DNA of 64,000 bases. It comes from Octopus vulgaris (Eukaryota). Under the pieces are notes generated by a model. It was not told the origin of the DNA, ran no database searches, and was given only the letters and a program-made list of their open reading frames with translations. Below are positions 40,092 through 53,955 of the stretch, piece after piece. The DNA lies in NCBI GenBank assembly GCA_951406725.2, contig OX597819.1, positions 7,006,001 through 7,070,000 on the forward strand, written 5' to 3'. Position 1 is the stretch's first letter. Every line of letters starts with the position of its first letter. The position numbers were made by a program, and so were the translations under genes.

Positions 40092-40969
40092 CCGCAACTT
40101 CCAGGCCTTGTACCGATGGTAGAAACAATTTTGAATAAACTTGTGTGTGTGTACGTGCGCGCGTATCTGTGTTAGTATATAAGTTGTCGGTTCGTTTCTG
40201 AGTATTTCTACCTTTATTTGTGCTTCCTCATTTGTGTTATGGCTGACAAAGCTGATTTTTACACTGAACAATTTTCCGTAGAGGTCACATCTGCTTGTCG
40301 ATCTTGGTTGGATCTGGCAAGTCTGTCGTCGTAGCCATCGACGATGTTCATCAAATTGTTCTTTTCTGATTTGATGATGTGACTTCATGCTGTTCTGTCT
40401 TCCATGTGTAATTATATACATTTATATAGTTAATATTAAAAATATAGTCAACCCTCAGAACCTAGATTAAATTGGTAGCAAGTATTATACTTACACTTTT
40501 TTATTTTGTTTTAGATGCATATCTAGTCGCAAGCTAGCATGTTAGTGTGAAACGGATGTATGACACGAAGAACGTAAAACATGGTTTATTGTTTTACTAC
40601 TTTGTTTGTTTTTGATTTTTCTATTTATATAATTCTCCAACCTAATTTAGTAACAGATTCAGTTGACAAAATGTTGACTAACTTGAGTAAAGCGTGAAAA
40701 ATTCATAAGATTATTACATATGCTACAAAAATGTTCTTATCCGTGAGTTACTCTAACTAGTTGTTAAAAATAAACATGCGGATATACAACTAAGGTCTCA
40801 AAGTATTATATTATAAAATAAACCATTATATATATAGATATAATATAAATAATTTTTATGTGTTATAGACAAAACTGCAAATCTTATCAGGAAAGGAGAA
40901 TAAGTATTATTGATGTATTATTGACAAAAGACTTTTGGTTTAAATGGACATTGCAACCAAACTGAAACG

Positions 40970-41019
40970 ATTTGTGACCAGAAATAGCAAATTAAAATGT
41001 GCTATTTCTGGTCACAAAT
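40970..41019. repeat. Perfect 20-bp inverted repeat, possibly collapsed transposon ends
   Basis: atttgtgaccagaaatagca-aattaaaatg-tgctatttctggtcacaaat. Confidence 0.8.
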
Positions 41020-41644
41020 CTTTTATTTACTTTTATTTCAAAACCTCAACCTCCATGTAAAACCGATATAGCTGACAGAAACTTTTTAAATGTGATTTAT
41101 TTTGCTAAATGCAAGACATCGTTTTCTAAGGTAGATTCATGCAACACTCAAAAAATCTATACAGCAAAACTTGTAGGCCCTCAACTGGAAAATTTGCCGC
41201 ATGATATAGATTACAGTCCAATGTTTTGTGGGTTTTGAATCCAAGTACTGCTTAATGTCAACTTAGTATTGACTGTTTTCGAAGTCAATAAAATATATTG
41301 CAATACTTAAGGAGTTTCACAATCACATCTTGATACAATGGCATCACTAACATTTCATCTTCACGTTGTATAGTGGATTTCGTGGAGACCATCCTTCTCG
41401 AACCATTTCTCAAGGAAGGAGATGAACTCGATACCGAAAGCTAACGGAATTACAGAATCTCTCAATATCAATTTCGTCATATAACCAGGTGTTCGACAAG
41501 GCCGTTTAAGTCTTTAGTGCATTATCCATGGGCATATATGGGTATATATATAGTAGCAGTGACAAATTGTCAGCCTCTAGTCCTAATCTTCAAAATTATT
41601 TCAGCCATTTTTTTTTACTAATAAAAGAATAAAAATATAAGGTA

Positions 41645-42039
41645 CTAGCAGTATCGCCCGGCGTTGCTCGGGTTTGTAAGGGAAATAACTATATAAGCAT
41701 TTTTAGAGAGTTATAGCCAAAAAATAGCAAAAAAATGCATTAAAATGGAAAACAAATGATGGTAAATGTTTTTTTAAATTGTTGACTCATCGTAGACATT
41801 TTAGAGAGTTACTTCCCTTATATAATAGCGAAAAAATGCATTAAAATGGAAAAAATTATGGTAAATTATTTTTTAAATCGTAGACTCATCGTAGACGCGC
41901 GCTAATACCCAGAAGGGCTCGATATGAATCACGACTATAAGATACCCGGTTTTGGTTAAACTGCACCGCAAAATGTGGGAGTAGTTAGGAATCTAAATCG
42001 TAGGAGACAGACACACAACTTCTCTTTTATATATAAAGA
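41645..42039 (-). mobile_element. Non-autonomous Helitron
   Basis: 5' TC, subterminal hairpin cccgagcaacgccggg, 3' CTAG, inserted between A and T with no TSD; copies at 53063 and 61825. Confidence 0.88.
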
Positions 42040-42074
42040 TTAGAGTAATGTTTGTCACCAACTAGAAACAATGT

Positions 42075-42290
42075 TAGTAAAAGGGGTCTGACAGGCCGCT
42101 ATCAGTTTGTGCCGGTGGCCATCGATACCGCAAATCTTGGACCTAGAACTACCGATTTCCTCCGCAGAATCAGCATATTGCCGGCCCGTTTGAGAAATCA
42201 GCTCCGCGAGGTGGAGTGGCTGCTGCAAGAAGTATCGTTGCCCATTCTCCGTGGCAACGCCATCGGGATCATTATCGCGGGACACGGCTG
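42075..42290 (+). pseudogene. 3' fragment of a CRE-type RLE non-LTR retrotransposon
   Basis: YQFVPVAIDT..LGP..FL..RE..WLLQEVSLPILRGNAIGI matches the F.P.A.ET.G..QR.S.A.QRGNA end typical of CRE-like ORFs. Confidence 0.7.
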
Positions 42291-43019
42291 CGCACACCAT
42301 TTTGTTCTGGGTTGTATGGATCATTATCCTCTCCCTCTTCATCTTCTGCTGCTTAACCCACATTTTTTCTTCTTCCTTTCCTTTTATTTTCTCTTTCTGT
42401 TTCTTTGTTTCTTGGTATTCATATGTTATAACTTAAATTGTGATCAGTTGGTTTAATAATATAATTATTCGAACCCTATTTGGTAGCGCGTGATTGACAC
42501 CATCCAGCATATTGGTGTCAGACACTCACACAGGCACACGCTCAAACAGATACGAACACACACAAGAACACACACATACAGAGGGAGGGCAAGTTACAAC
42601 GATCTGTGTGTACTTGTCAGTATTTATATAGCTATGCGCAGATACGGTAAGAATGAAAACTTTTCCGGAAATCACGAGATTTATTTTGACATTGTGATGT
42701 CCTTCGGGAATACAGAACATCTTGAGTATGTTGGATGAATGATTGTAGTCTTAATTCCGTTGTTAATCTAACCATACATTCAGGGGAAATATCTTAATGT
42801 TGTCGAGGATTTGTTAGACCAGACAGTCAATGACATCTCCAACATTTGAAACACTGAAGAAATTAAATACGTATAAATGAAAAGGTCGCTTTTTGCCCAG
42901 AAAATATGACCATTATCGCGCTATCACAGAATTATTCTAAGAGTAATGCTTTCACTTCAACTAATTTAAATGATATTTGAGAATTAAAAGTATGGTGATT
43001 ACATTACGCAATAACGGAT

Positions 43020-43109
<90 letters not shown>

Positions 43110-43499
43110 GTAAAACTTCCAAAATATTGCGTAACAAAATTTTCTATATCAATAAGAGAATGCCTAATATTAACAAGAGATGAAGAAGCACAGACTAGGT
43201 GAAAGGTATATGAGATTAATTTTATACTTTTATTGTGTCTATTTGCAGTATATGTGAAAAGTGAAATAAATTATTTTGTTTCATGACAGACCGACGATAT
43301 GTAGAGAAGTGTTATCGTCGATGAATCTACTTCAGTATTCTATCTGCTCAAAGAAAATTGAAAGATTAAATCGACCTCGATGGGATTTCATTAACTATTT
43401 CATTACTATAAGTGTGGTTATTTTCCCAGATATAATTTGTTTCTTTATTGGAAATAGCTATTTTTGACTGACATTTTTCTTTCGCTACTTTCGCAGATT

Positions 43500-44100
43500 C
43501 CCATGACTCTCTGTCGCCATCCAATTCCATGATTATGGACTTGAATTAGGAGCTTGAGTCATGGTGAACCTTTCATTAGCTGATTACTCAACCATGGATG
43601 CCGGCCCTATGGATACATTGCAGTTACTCTCTTGATAGAGCTTGGTGATCCTGACTGTTGATCTTCTAGGATTCCTCTACTCAGCATCAATGTAAAAAGC
43701 ACCGTTGACTCATTTGAGTTCCTCCGCTCTCTTCATAATCTGCATTGCTGTAGTCCCATGACTTCGCCGTATACCTGACAGGATGGCTGAACTGGTGCTA
43801 TGTTGCCAAAGAGAAGCCCGTAATTGTGCTGGGCACGGTCGTCACTCCATGAGGTATTTTCAAAATACCCGCATTGGGTGTGAGGGTACTGACTGATATA
43901 CAATTACTGACTCATTAGAATCGAGGCAGACTGGGCAGTTTCCATCCATCCGTCCGTTCACTATCCCTGGGAAAGTCGTTGGATTAGAGTCCTCAGACAT
44001 CTTCTCCATAGAGTCCTGTCAGAAGTAACTGTCATTAAACTTTCCAGCTGGATTGCCAAGCGTGACCAACTGGGACAATGGTTAGCATCCAACCATCATG
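43500..44100 (-). mobile_element. Possible old LINE 5' fragment, unclassified
   Basis: GC-richer island in AT-rich DNA with no ORF; only an impression of LINE origin. Confidence 0.25.
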
Positions 44101-44653
44101 AAACAAGTGGAGAAGTTTATGGGTTCTTTTTCGTTTTCTTCATCCTCTTGAAAATTTTCTAGTTTTCAATGGATTGGGTTCCAAATTTTCCACATTGATG
44201 TAGTTTTGCATGCTGATGACGAAAATCACATTCATTCTTTTTCTGGGGTTATTTTTTTTTTCGAAAAAATAATAAAGTTAGAAGCATTGCGTAATTTTAG
44301 CCAATGAAATAAGACCAAAGTTCTTAAAAGCGGAAATCGAAGCTGTTTGTTGTCTTGGTAACTCCAGTGTGTAGTTATTTATCCACGGAACCGCAATCAA
44401 ATTTTTGAAAATTAAAACAATTTGCGTGAAAGACGAGTTTTTTTAATCTGAAAACATTACGGAACCTTAAATTTTAGAAAAAGAATTTTAAAAAGAATGA
44501 ATAAAAACTGTTTTTCAGTTTGTTTGTTTTTTAAGAAATTAATAACAGTAACATGGGTGAAATCCTGGGTAGTTTTCTGGGCTTTACTTTTACTTTTTAC
44601 TTCGTTTTCTTTCACCCTCTTGAAGATCGATATACAATTGGAATAATAATAAT

Positions 44654-44806
44654 ATTGGTTTCAAATTTCGCAAAAGTTCAGCAATTTCGGAGTAGGGGTA
44701 AGTCGATTACATCGACCCCAATGCTCAACTGGTACTTACGTATTCTAATGACTTCGGAAAGATAAAAGGCAAAATCGACTTCGGTAGAATATGAACTCAG
44801 AACGTA
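44654..44806 (-). mobile_element. Diverged SINE C fragment
   Basis: taagtcgattacatcgacccca..actggtact..gaactcagaacgtaa. Confidence 0.7.
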
Positions 44807-45135
44807 ATTATTGCGGCTCTAGTCTTTATTTTAATGTTCCCTTTTTCATGGTAACACAGTTTATAGTTAGTCTTCAACATATTACCTATCATACTCTGTT
44901 ATTTGACCTGTAAACACTCAATCTTCTCACAGCTGACCTTACCACACTTATAAATACACTATTGATTTCCCATGAGAATTCTCATGTCAACTTTTCTCCT
45001 TCTCTCCCAGCAGTTATCATACACACACATTATCTGTTTATAATATCACAGCTGTTTCTCTTGTAACTATCAGGTCGTTTTCATCTACACTCAAGCACAC
45101 ACGCGTGTGTGTATGTGTGTATGTGTGTGTGAGTG

Positions 45136-45669
45136 GAATGTGGAAGCACTACGTTGGTTACGACGACGAGGGTTCCGGTTGATCCGAATCAATGGAACAG
45201 CCTGCTCGTGAAATTAACGTGTAAGTGGCTGAGCACTCCACAGACACGTGTACCCTTAACGTAGTTCTCGGGGATATTCAGCGTGACACAGAGAGTAACA
45301 AGACCGGCCCCTTGAAATACAGGTACAACAGAAACAGGAAGTAAGAGTGAGAGAAAGTTGTGGTGAAAGAGTACAGCAGGGATCACCACCATCCCCTGCC
45401 GGAGCCTCGTGGAGCTTTAGGTGTTTTCGCTCAATAAACACTCACAACGCCCGGAAATTACAGAAACTCTTACAGAAACAGGAAGTAAGAGTGATAGAAA
45501 GTTGTGGTGAAAGAGTACAGCAGGGATCACCACCATCCCCTGCCGGAGCCCCGTGGAGCTTTAGGTGTTTTCGCTCAATAAACACTCACAACGCTCGGTC
45601 TGGGAGTCGAAACCGCGATCCTACGACCGCGAGTCCGCTGCCCTAACCACTGGGCCATTGCGCCTCCAC
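45136..45669 (-). mobile_element. SINE A with ~125-bp internal tandem duplication
   Basis: Segment acagaaacaggaagtaag...cacaacgc occurs twice; tgtgtgtgagtg on both flanks. Confidence 0.9.
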
Positions 45670-46017
45670 ATGTGTGTGAGTGTGTGCGTGTGCGCTCGCG
45701 TGTGTGTGCTATGTGTGAGTTTTATGGTAAAATCAGATATCAAATTATATCCTATGATGTTAGTTCCTTTGAAATTCTGTATTCAGACCCTACTCACTCT
45801 GTCAACTTTACTTTTCCTCCTTCTCACTGTAATTGATTAATCTCTATTCTTAACTGGATTTATCTTAGCGACAACGAGAAATTCAACGTCAAAGCCGCTA
45901 CTGCCAGCATTTGAACCCACAACACAATGAAATACTTCAAAATGCTGAAAATCACTGCTCACGTACATCAACAACCTGACTGATTTTTAAGCAGCATAAA
46001 CTCAAACACACAGATTT

Positions 46018-46401
46018 GGAAGCACTCCGTCGGTTACGACGGTGAGAGTTCCGGTTGATCCGAATCAACGGAACAGCCTGCTCGTGAAATTAACGTGCAA
46101 GTGACTGAGCACTCCACAGACACGTGTACCCTTAACGTAGTTCTCGGGGATATTCAGCGTGACACAGAGAGTGACAAGGCCGGCCCTTTGAAATACAGGT
46201 ACAACAGAAACAGGAAGTAAGAGTGAGAGAAAGTTGTGGTGAAAGAGTACAGCAGGGATCACCACCATCCCCTGCCGGAGCCTCGTGGAGCTTTAGGTGT
46301 TTTCGCTCAATAAACACTCACAACGCCCGGTCTGGGAATCGAAACCACGATCCTATGACCGCGAGTCCGCTGCCCTAACCACTGGGCCATTGCGCCTCCA
46401 C
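46018..46401 (-). mobile_element. SINE A copy
   Basis: TSD acacagattt at 46008-46017 and 46402-46411. Confidence 0.92.
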
Positions 46402-47331
46402 ACACAGATTTATACATGCGTGCGCACATACTCGTTCGATACGCTGCCATATTGTTTGTCTCTCAAATCTTACTCAAGCCATTAATCAACTTGATGCTGT
46501 GCAGTGGGACCGAACCCAGAACCAAATGATTTCAAAGTGGGCTTTTAACACTACATTTATGCCAGCACCTATATTACTGATAAGTGAAGCGGCTACTATA
46601 CTTCATTCACTGGGAAAGTGAGTTGAAGTTCAGTTTAGCCATATAAACTTTTCTGCTATATGAAAATACTGCGAATTAAGATTTGTTAAAACTTTAACAA
46701 CGTAGCGGTTTCGTTCCGTAGTCAAGATTGGTTACTGGACGTAAATTGAAACGAAAACAGATAACAGACCTAAACAAATATTACCTGAGACCTCACATTC
46801 TACTCTATCGATGTGGAATTTTATGCCATCGAAAGAATCCAATATGCTACCCAAATTACAATTTCAATCTGAAATTTATACTTAATGGTTACCTATAAAC
46901 TTTCAACTATCTTATGTTGCGATACAGACGTGAAAATTGCGATCTGTGGAAAATATGCTTCAGTACATTGCACAGTTTCGTTGCTGACATTTCCTTTTCT
47001 GTCATTTCGTTTCATATTTTGTTTTGTAAAGTATCATCTGTTAAGGTTTTATAACATTTTCCTTTTATTCATTTTTTTTTTTTTTCATCTTTTAAGCTTT
47101 TCTTTAATATTTTCATTTTTCTTTCCTTAAAACCTTTTTATTCATCCAAAAATAACAAAAAGTTGTGTTTCGTACGTTGCGTCTAAAAGAAGTTGTATTT
47201 CGAGTCTTGAAAACCAAAATATGGCATTAGGTCAACACAGTGTATCAATAACGGAGGCTTATAATTGACTAAAATTACCAAACATTTCAGTCTTTAAAGA
47301 TAAATACCTTATTTAATATAACTTTTTCCAA

Positions 47332-47548
47332 GGCGGCGAGCTGGCAGAAACGTTAGCATGCAGTGCGATAATATTTAACGGTATTTCGCCTGTTTTTACG
47401 TTCTGAGTTCAAATTCCGCCAAAGTTGATTTTGCATTTCATCCCTTCGGTGTCGATGAATTAAGTACCAGTTGTATACTGGAGTCGATCTTATCGACTGG
47501 TCCCCTCCCGCAAAATTTCGGTCCTTGTACCTAGAATAGAAAACAATA
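47332..47548 (+). mobile_element. SINE C copy (alternative tail)
   Basis: ggcggcgagctggcagaaacgttagc head; tail ccttgtacctagaatagaaaac. Confidence 0.82.
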
Positions 47549-47611
47549 TTTATTTCTCCAAACATTAAATGTGGTTTTTGTAAGCAGCATGTATAACTAC
47601 ATCTATTACCT

Positions 47612-47931
47612 TTTATCTTTTACTTGTTTCAGTCATTGGACAGCAGCCATGCTTAAAAAGTTTAGCCCGACAAATCGACCTCTTATACTTAATTTTTTGC
47701 TTAAGCTTGGTACTTATTCTATCGGTGCCTTTTGCCGAGCCGCAAAATTACAGGGACGTAAATGAGCCAATATCGGTTATGAAGCTTCCGTCTACGAAAT
47801 TCACTCACAAGGCATTTATCGGCTCAGGATTATAGTGGACGACACTTGTCCAAGGTGGCGTGTAGTGAGACTGAACTCGAAATCTCGTGGCAGTAAAGTG
47901 AGCTTTTTAACCACACAACCATGCTTGCCCC
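47612..47931 (-). mobile_element. Diverged SINE B
   Basis: Reverse-complement similarity to family B. Confidence 0.7.
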
Positions 47932-48175
47932 TATTAATGTTGTTAATGTCCGGCGTAAGCTTCGATTAAACTCGTCGCCACTTTTATAAGTGGATATCCT
48001 TGTTGCCACTTTTATTTCCTTGAATATACAGGTTTCACAAAGCGGGAATAGACAAAACTGTCTTAACACGGCGTACTTCAAATTACTCAGCTAAACACGA
48101 TACTCCAATAAATAAAAAAAAAACTCTAAACAATTTCCCCGACTTCCACGAACTCTCAACGACTTCTATTTCTTT

Positions 48176-49585
48176 GTTGGGCTCACATGCCCGAACACAG
48201 ATTGGACGGCACAAGAACAGACAAAACAATACAAGTGGGGACAAAAAACATGAAATGGATGAATGGAAATGGATTATAAATAAATGAAGGTACAATGGCT
48301 ACGCGAACGCCACCAGTTCAATTGTTTGGTGCGGCTGTTTATGTGTATTTAACTGGAGATTCAGGGCTGTTTCTGTGTGTTTGTGTGTACTTGACTGGAG
48401 ATGCTGATCTGTCTGTGTTTGTGGATATTCTGGGTTGTCAGGGATATTCTTGTATTTTTGCCGTAATAGAATATGTTGTGTGGGTGCTTGTATGTTACTT
48501 ACTTCCTTCTTTTTCTTCTTTTTTGAGTTCTTTGGAAGTGGGGGCGGTTAAAGTCCTTCCTCTGTCTATTTTGTACTTCTTGGAATCCTTTATCTCTGCT
48601 TTCTACATTTACTTCTTCTGTATTTTTCTTTAATTCCTCGTCTCTGTTATTTCCTTCTTGTATCTCCTCTCCTGGTGTCTGGCTGTTAGGAAGAAGACAA
48701 TTCACCTTTCTGTGCCCCCTCTTTCTGCAATGATAGCAGGTGGGAGGTCTTCCCTCTACTACCACTCGCAGTTTCACATCATCTGGTAGCTCTATCTCTT
48801 TGCTAATTTCCTGTAGGTCCAGTGGTGTAGCATGGATTATAACTTCCAGACCAAACCCCATCAGTTCGAGTGTTTGGTGCGGCTGACTTGTAGCACTTCT
48901 GGGTCCTTTGATTTTATTGAAATAGCTGCAAGCAGCCACATCTCGTTAATCTCAGGGAGTACCTTACCAATCCTCACTCTCGTCACTCGTTTACCGAGGT
49001 AGGTTGGCAGGGGTGCCCATTCTTCTGTTTTCAATGTTACAGTGGAGTACATTACTGCCTCCTCCACAGTAGGGAAACGCACCTCCCCTGTACCATACTT
49101 TCTTCCTCTGCAGTAAAATTCAATTTCACTTCTTATATCTTCCAAGCACCCTTCTACTGCTTCCTCGCCAGCCATTTCTATCTTCTTGCTTCTCAGTGAT
49201 AAGGTTCTATATGCCACCATCTTCTCCTTTTTATTTCTAGTTATATTTTCCGGTGGGGTGAATTTTAAACTTGACTCCTCTCTTTGGATTAATTTCTGGC
49301 TGCTTCTTACTATTTCAAAGTCGACAGGTACCTCCTTGACTTTCAGTTGGTTCACCGTAGCTGCTACATTCTCTCTATCTGCTACTGAAGCGTAGCTCCC
49401 GCCACGTGTTTGCAACACTTCCATTGCTTACTGCTATTCTCTTCCCCGCTGGGGAAGAAAACGAAACAAGAGCGAACACTACAACAAAGGTTCAACAGTT
49501 CCAACAGTAGGCAACTCCACTAGGGAGAACCTTCAACATTGGACATCCCATCCACAACGATAATAAATCAACAAAAACGACTCCT
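48176..49585 (-). mobile_element. ORF1(gag)-only retroposon 1
   Basis: ORFs 48861-49424 and 48499-48939 join by one frameshift into an ORF1-like protein (SYASVA, LPTYLGKRVTRVRIG, EGRPPTCYHCRKRGHRKVNC CCHC knuckle); 17-bp flanking direct repeats acgacttctatttcttt at 48159-48175 and 49586-49602; no RT. Confidence 0.78.
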
Positions 49586-49681
49586 ACGACTTCTATTTCT
49601 TTCATTTCAACCAATACGCTACTCTTTATAAGAGTTCGGTTAGTCCATTCTTCCAATCCCACAGGGGTGTCAATGACTCTC

Positions 49682-51385
49682 TGATTTTTTATTGCCCACT
49701 AGGGGCGAACACAGATGGGAGAACACATTACATGGGGGAATACAAAACAAGAAAAAACCAACAAAGCAAAGTATGAGAACATGAAATGACAATGAAAATG
49801 AAAAAGATACAATGAAACTACTCTGATTGTTAATGCCCACTAGGGGCGAACACAGATGGGACAACACATTATATGTGGGGACACAAAACAAGAAAAAAAC
49901 AAGGCAACGTATGAGAACATGAAATGACAATGAAAATGAAAAAGATACAATGATGCTACTCGGCCCCACCTCCGAGAAACTTCATTTCTACCTTTAATTC
50001 CTTTTTTGAGTCCCGTTCCTTCCAAAATATCTATCCCATACTTTTCCAACAGCTCGTCATAAGTTATGAAGGATGGCAGCATATTTGTGTCCATCTCCAC
50101 TTCCCGCATCCAATGTCCACTTTCGTATTTTGACACTTTCTTCTTTTTTTTGTTCCTCCAAAAGCAACATGCAACCATGCCAACACACAATGTTATCAAA
50201 TACCCTTGTTTCTACTTTTTTATAATCCTTCCAAGTTATCACCTCACTGCACAAATCCTCATTAGCACCGTCATACATTAATACTGTACATTTTTCCCCT
50301 TTTTTATCTGGGAGGAGGGAGTTTGGGAGTTCTAGTGTGTTAGCGATTTCATTTTTTATTTTTGTGTCGGAAGGGAAGGGGTAGGTTTGGTGTCTGTGGA
50401 GAGAGGGCGGACTGAGACGGTGAGGGTGAGGTGGACGAGTGTGTTGGGGTTGCCTTCTTCCCTTTTCTTATGTTCTCCACCACCTTCCATGATTCATCGT
50501 CCTCCTTTACTTCTGTTGGTGCGTCCTCTGCTCTCACTGGTTGTTCCTTCGTTTTCTCTTGGTTCTTCTCAGTTGGTGAAGAGTAGTCCGTTCTGATGTG
50601 GCCTGAAGAGCCACATTTGAAGCACCGAGGGATTCTGCTCTCCACACTGACTCTCAGCACCGCGTCCCCGACTGTCACCGTCTCCACCATGTTTTCCAGG
50701 CTCTCCACTGATCTTTGAATTATTAAATCCAAAGTTTAGCCTTTCCAGCTTATTGTTTCTGACTTTGTGGCCTGCAGGAATGCTATTTCGTCCTCATTAC
50801 CCAGGATTATAGCAGCCGCTACCCAGGCCACGTCAATTTCGGGTGGGATTCCCTGTACCCTAACCCTGGAAGCTCTCCTTCCGAGGTGTGTCGGTAGGAG
50901 TACCACACTTTTCGTTCTTAGAGTGGTCGCTGAAAATTGTATCGCTTCTCTTCTACTGAATATACTTTATAAATGATTGTCTTTTCCTGTATTCCTTTCA
51001 TAATTTCTTAAGGTGGAGACAATTTTACATCTCCACCTTCTCTGTACAACATTTTTTCGTAATTCTTCAAGTTTATTAAATCAACTTCCTTATTTTCTAC
51101 TTCTGTAGCTCTCGAGTAACTCTTCTTTTCGTCCATTTTTTATCAATTTCCTTTATTGCTTTTACCAGTTCCTCCTTTGAGGAAGACAGCCCCGAAGAGC
51201 TGTAATCCTCATACGGCATCATTTTAACAGCAAGCTGCTTCAGGGCAGCAAAAAACAGTTGACAAAAGTGTTCAAATAAGCACTAACACAAATTCCAAAC
51301 GACAAACAGCAATTTTAAACAACAGTTTCAACTTTAAATGACAACACCATTCGAACACCTTTATATTCTCGTATTGTACGTACTC
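49682..51385 (-). mobile_element. ORF1(gag)-only retroposon 2, diverged paralogue with duplicated 3' end
   Basis: LLPTHLGRRASRVRVQGIPPEIDVAWVAAAI and ESRIPRCFKCGSSGHIRTDY; 17-bp flanking direct repeats gggtgtcaatgactctc at 49665-49681 and 51386-51402; the 3' ~141 bp occurs twice (49682-49961). Confidence 0.78.
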
Positions 51386-53062
51386 GGGTGTCAATGACTC
51401 TCACCACAAAACACATGGTGAAACAGAACACCCTAATTTATAAGCAGTGAAAATGTAAATAACGAATAGAATAATATGCATAGAAGCATATTATCATCAT
51501 AATTATATTCATCATCATAATTATCCCGTCAACTGTTTTGTCATCACCAACATCAGCATTACCATCTTTATTGATGTTTTCATCAATTGTTTCGATGTTA
51601 GGAAAATAATGAGCGAAGTCAAATAGTTCAAGTGGGTAGATAGAATAAATGTGAATAATTTATATTCATACAAGGTAGTGTATTAAAAGACGTACACAAA
51701 AAATTCTAAAATTTCATTTTCTTGTGTTTATTTATTAACGACTCTCAAAAAAAGAAGACCGAGAGGGAATTTCAAGGGATTGATCGTTAATTTATATGTT
51801 TATGAAAAATTTGATCTTTGTGTGCATGCAAATCAATAGATATGATCATATTCTAGCCTTATTTGAATCCATAAGCACACTTTAGTCTACTCAAGCCTAC
51901 TTTGATCAACCGAGAAGGGATTTTGCATGAAAAAAAGTTACGAAGATATTATGATCATATTTTCCCAACGCAAATCAATTAATTAACTTTTGTTATAATA
52001 ATTCTTGCCTCCTAGAAATCATTTTCCTTTTTAGGGAATCGTGAACAGTTATCGTTAATTAGATGATTTCTTTCTCCAACTAAATGCACACATCATTCGA
52101 AAAATCATCTATCAATACAGTATATCACCAATTATTTTCATAGTCAATTACTTTATGACTAAATTCTGTAAGTTCTCAGATATGGCCTTGATCTCATACA
52201 AAGACACAATTCAATCTTCATGACAGTTTGCTTTTTTCATATTCTCTCTTCTCTCTTTTTCTCACCCAATATACTCCACATACATTACTTATCCATAATG
52301 GCACAGCTGTCGCTCTTACAAATACCAGGCCATTGTTTTTGATCCTCAGTATCGTCATCAATGTACATACATGTATCTGTCTGAATATTTGCAATGTGCG
52401 TATATGTGAGAGAAACGCGGCAGAATCAATAGAACACTAACGAAATACCTTGTGGTGATTACTTTTATCCCTTGGTATTTTGAATTCAAACCCCACTGGT
52501 GTCACCTCCGCCTTTCTTCCTTACCATGTCATCTGAATCTATTCTTGTACGTGACAGCTGCTCATTTTAGCGACAACGATTGAACGACTATCAAATTAGT
52601 CACCTGTAGAATTTGGACTGAGAACAAAAAAGACAATTGTAAAGACCGATAAACATTTAATTCCTTCTACTATTGTTAGTGTTTATCTGTCAATAACAAC
52701 AACAATTGTCAGAGAAATGACATTTAATGAAATACATCACTACGAATAATATTACTGTAGAACTATTTCAATAGGTTGTTTTTAATTTTGTTTTTCAAAT
52801 ATCACATTCTGAGAAAAACTCTGGATATGTCTTTATGTTAATATGGTATGGCTCGCACACAATGCAATAATGTTATGACTCAAAGCGATCGACAGGCAAA
52901 TAGATTTGTCCACAAGCCTTTTTCGGAGATGCAAATGTAAATGTGACTGTCTGTTGAAGATGCTTTTTTCATACGTTTATCACAAAAGTTTGTAAATCTC
53001 AGTCATTTTATCTCTCTTCACTCATTATCTTTTTAGCTTTAGATTTTGCTAAAATATGCATA

Positions 53063-53452
53063 TCATTATATATAAAAGAGAGGTTGTTTGTCTGTCTCCT
53101 ACGATTTAGATTCCTAACTACTCACACATTTTGCGGTGCAGTTTAACCAAAACCGGGTATCTTATAGTCGTGATACATATAGAGCCCTTCTGGGTATTAG
53201 CGCGCGTCTACGATGAGTCTACGATTTTAAAAAAAATTACCATCAATTTTTCCCATTTTTACTGCATTTTTGGCATATATAAGGGAAGTAACTCTCTAAA
53301 AACTTATTAAATCTCAGAACGTAAAAAGCTACAGTAACACCTCCCCCTTTGTTGTTAGCCATATTGAGATGGCTATTATACTTTACATCTCTAAAAATGC
53401 TTATATAGTTATTTCCCTTACAAACCCGAGCAACGCCGGGCGAAACAGCTAG
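53063..53452 (+). mobile_element. Non-autonomous Helitron
   Basis: A|TC...cccgagcaacgccggg...CTAG|T. Confidence 0.88.
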
Positions 53453-53915
53453 TATGTGTATAAATGTGTGTGTGTGCGTGCGCGCGTCTCTCCGTTCGCT
53501 TTCGGAAGTATGTTCGAAGTATATAACTACTTACTTCAACACCGCTCTCATCTCGTCGTCTTTTGCCACACTCTCACCTTCTCCCGCTTCTCCTCCTCGT
53601 TCTATTCTTCCCTCCTTCCACCTCATTAACTTTCTCTCTCCTACTTCTTCCCGTCCACGTACAAAGATCGCGTGGTCTTGCATTCTTTATCAGTTGCAGT
53701 CAGTTTTTTTTTTTTAACAGAGGATATAAAACGACAATCTCTTTCAATTTCACTCCTGTCGACTTTTCCCTCAAGAAAGACCTTATCCCAAACTTTGGAT
53801 TTTCCACTCCCTATAGCAAGTTCACTGAACACTTTTTGTCGATTTTTGCCTAATAATACAAGTCTTACCGATACAGACCAACACCAGTCTATTTTTATGC
53901 TGTTTGATCATATAT

Positions 53916-53955
<40 letters not shown>

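Noticed and set aside
50941-50950. atcgcttctc, the 5' end of U2 snRNA, as a Tx1/Keno-type target
   Set aside because: Only 10 nt, inside the antisense of the ORF1 coding region; chance match.
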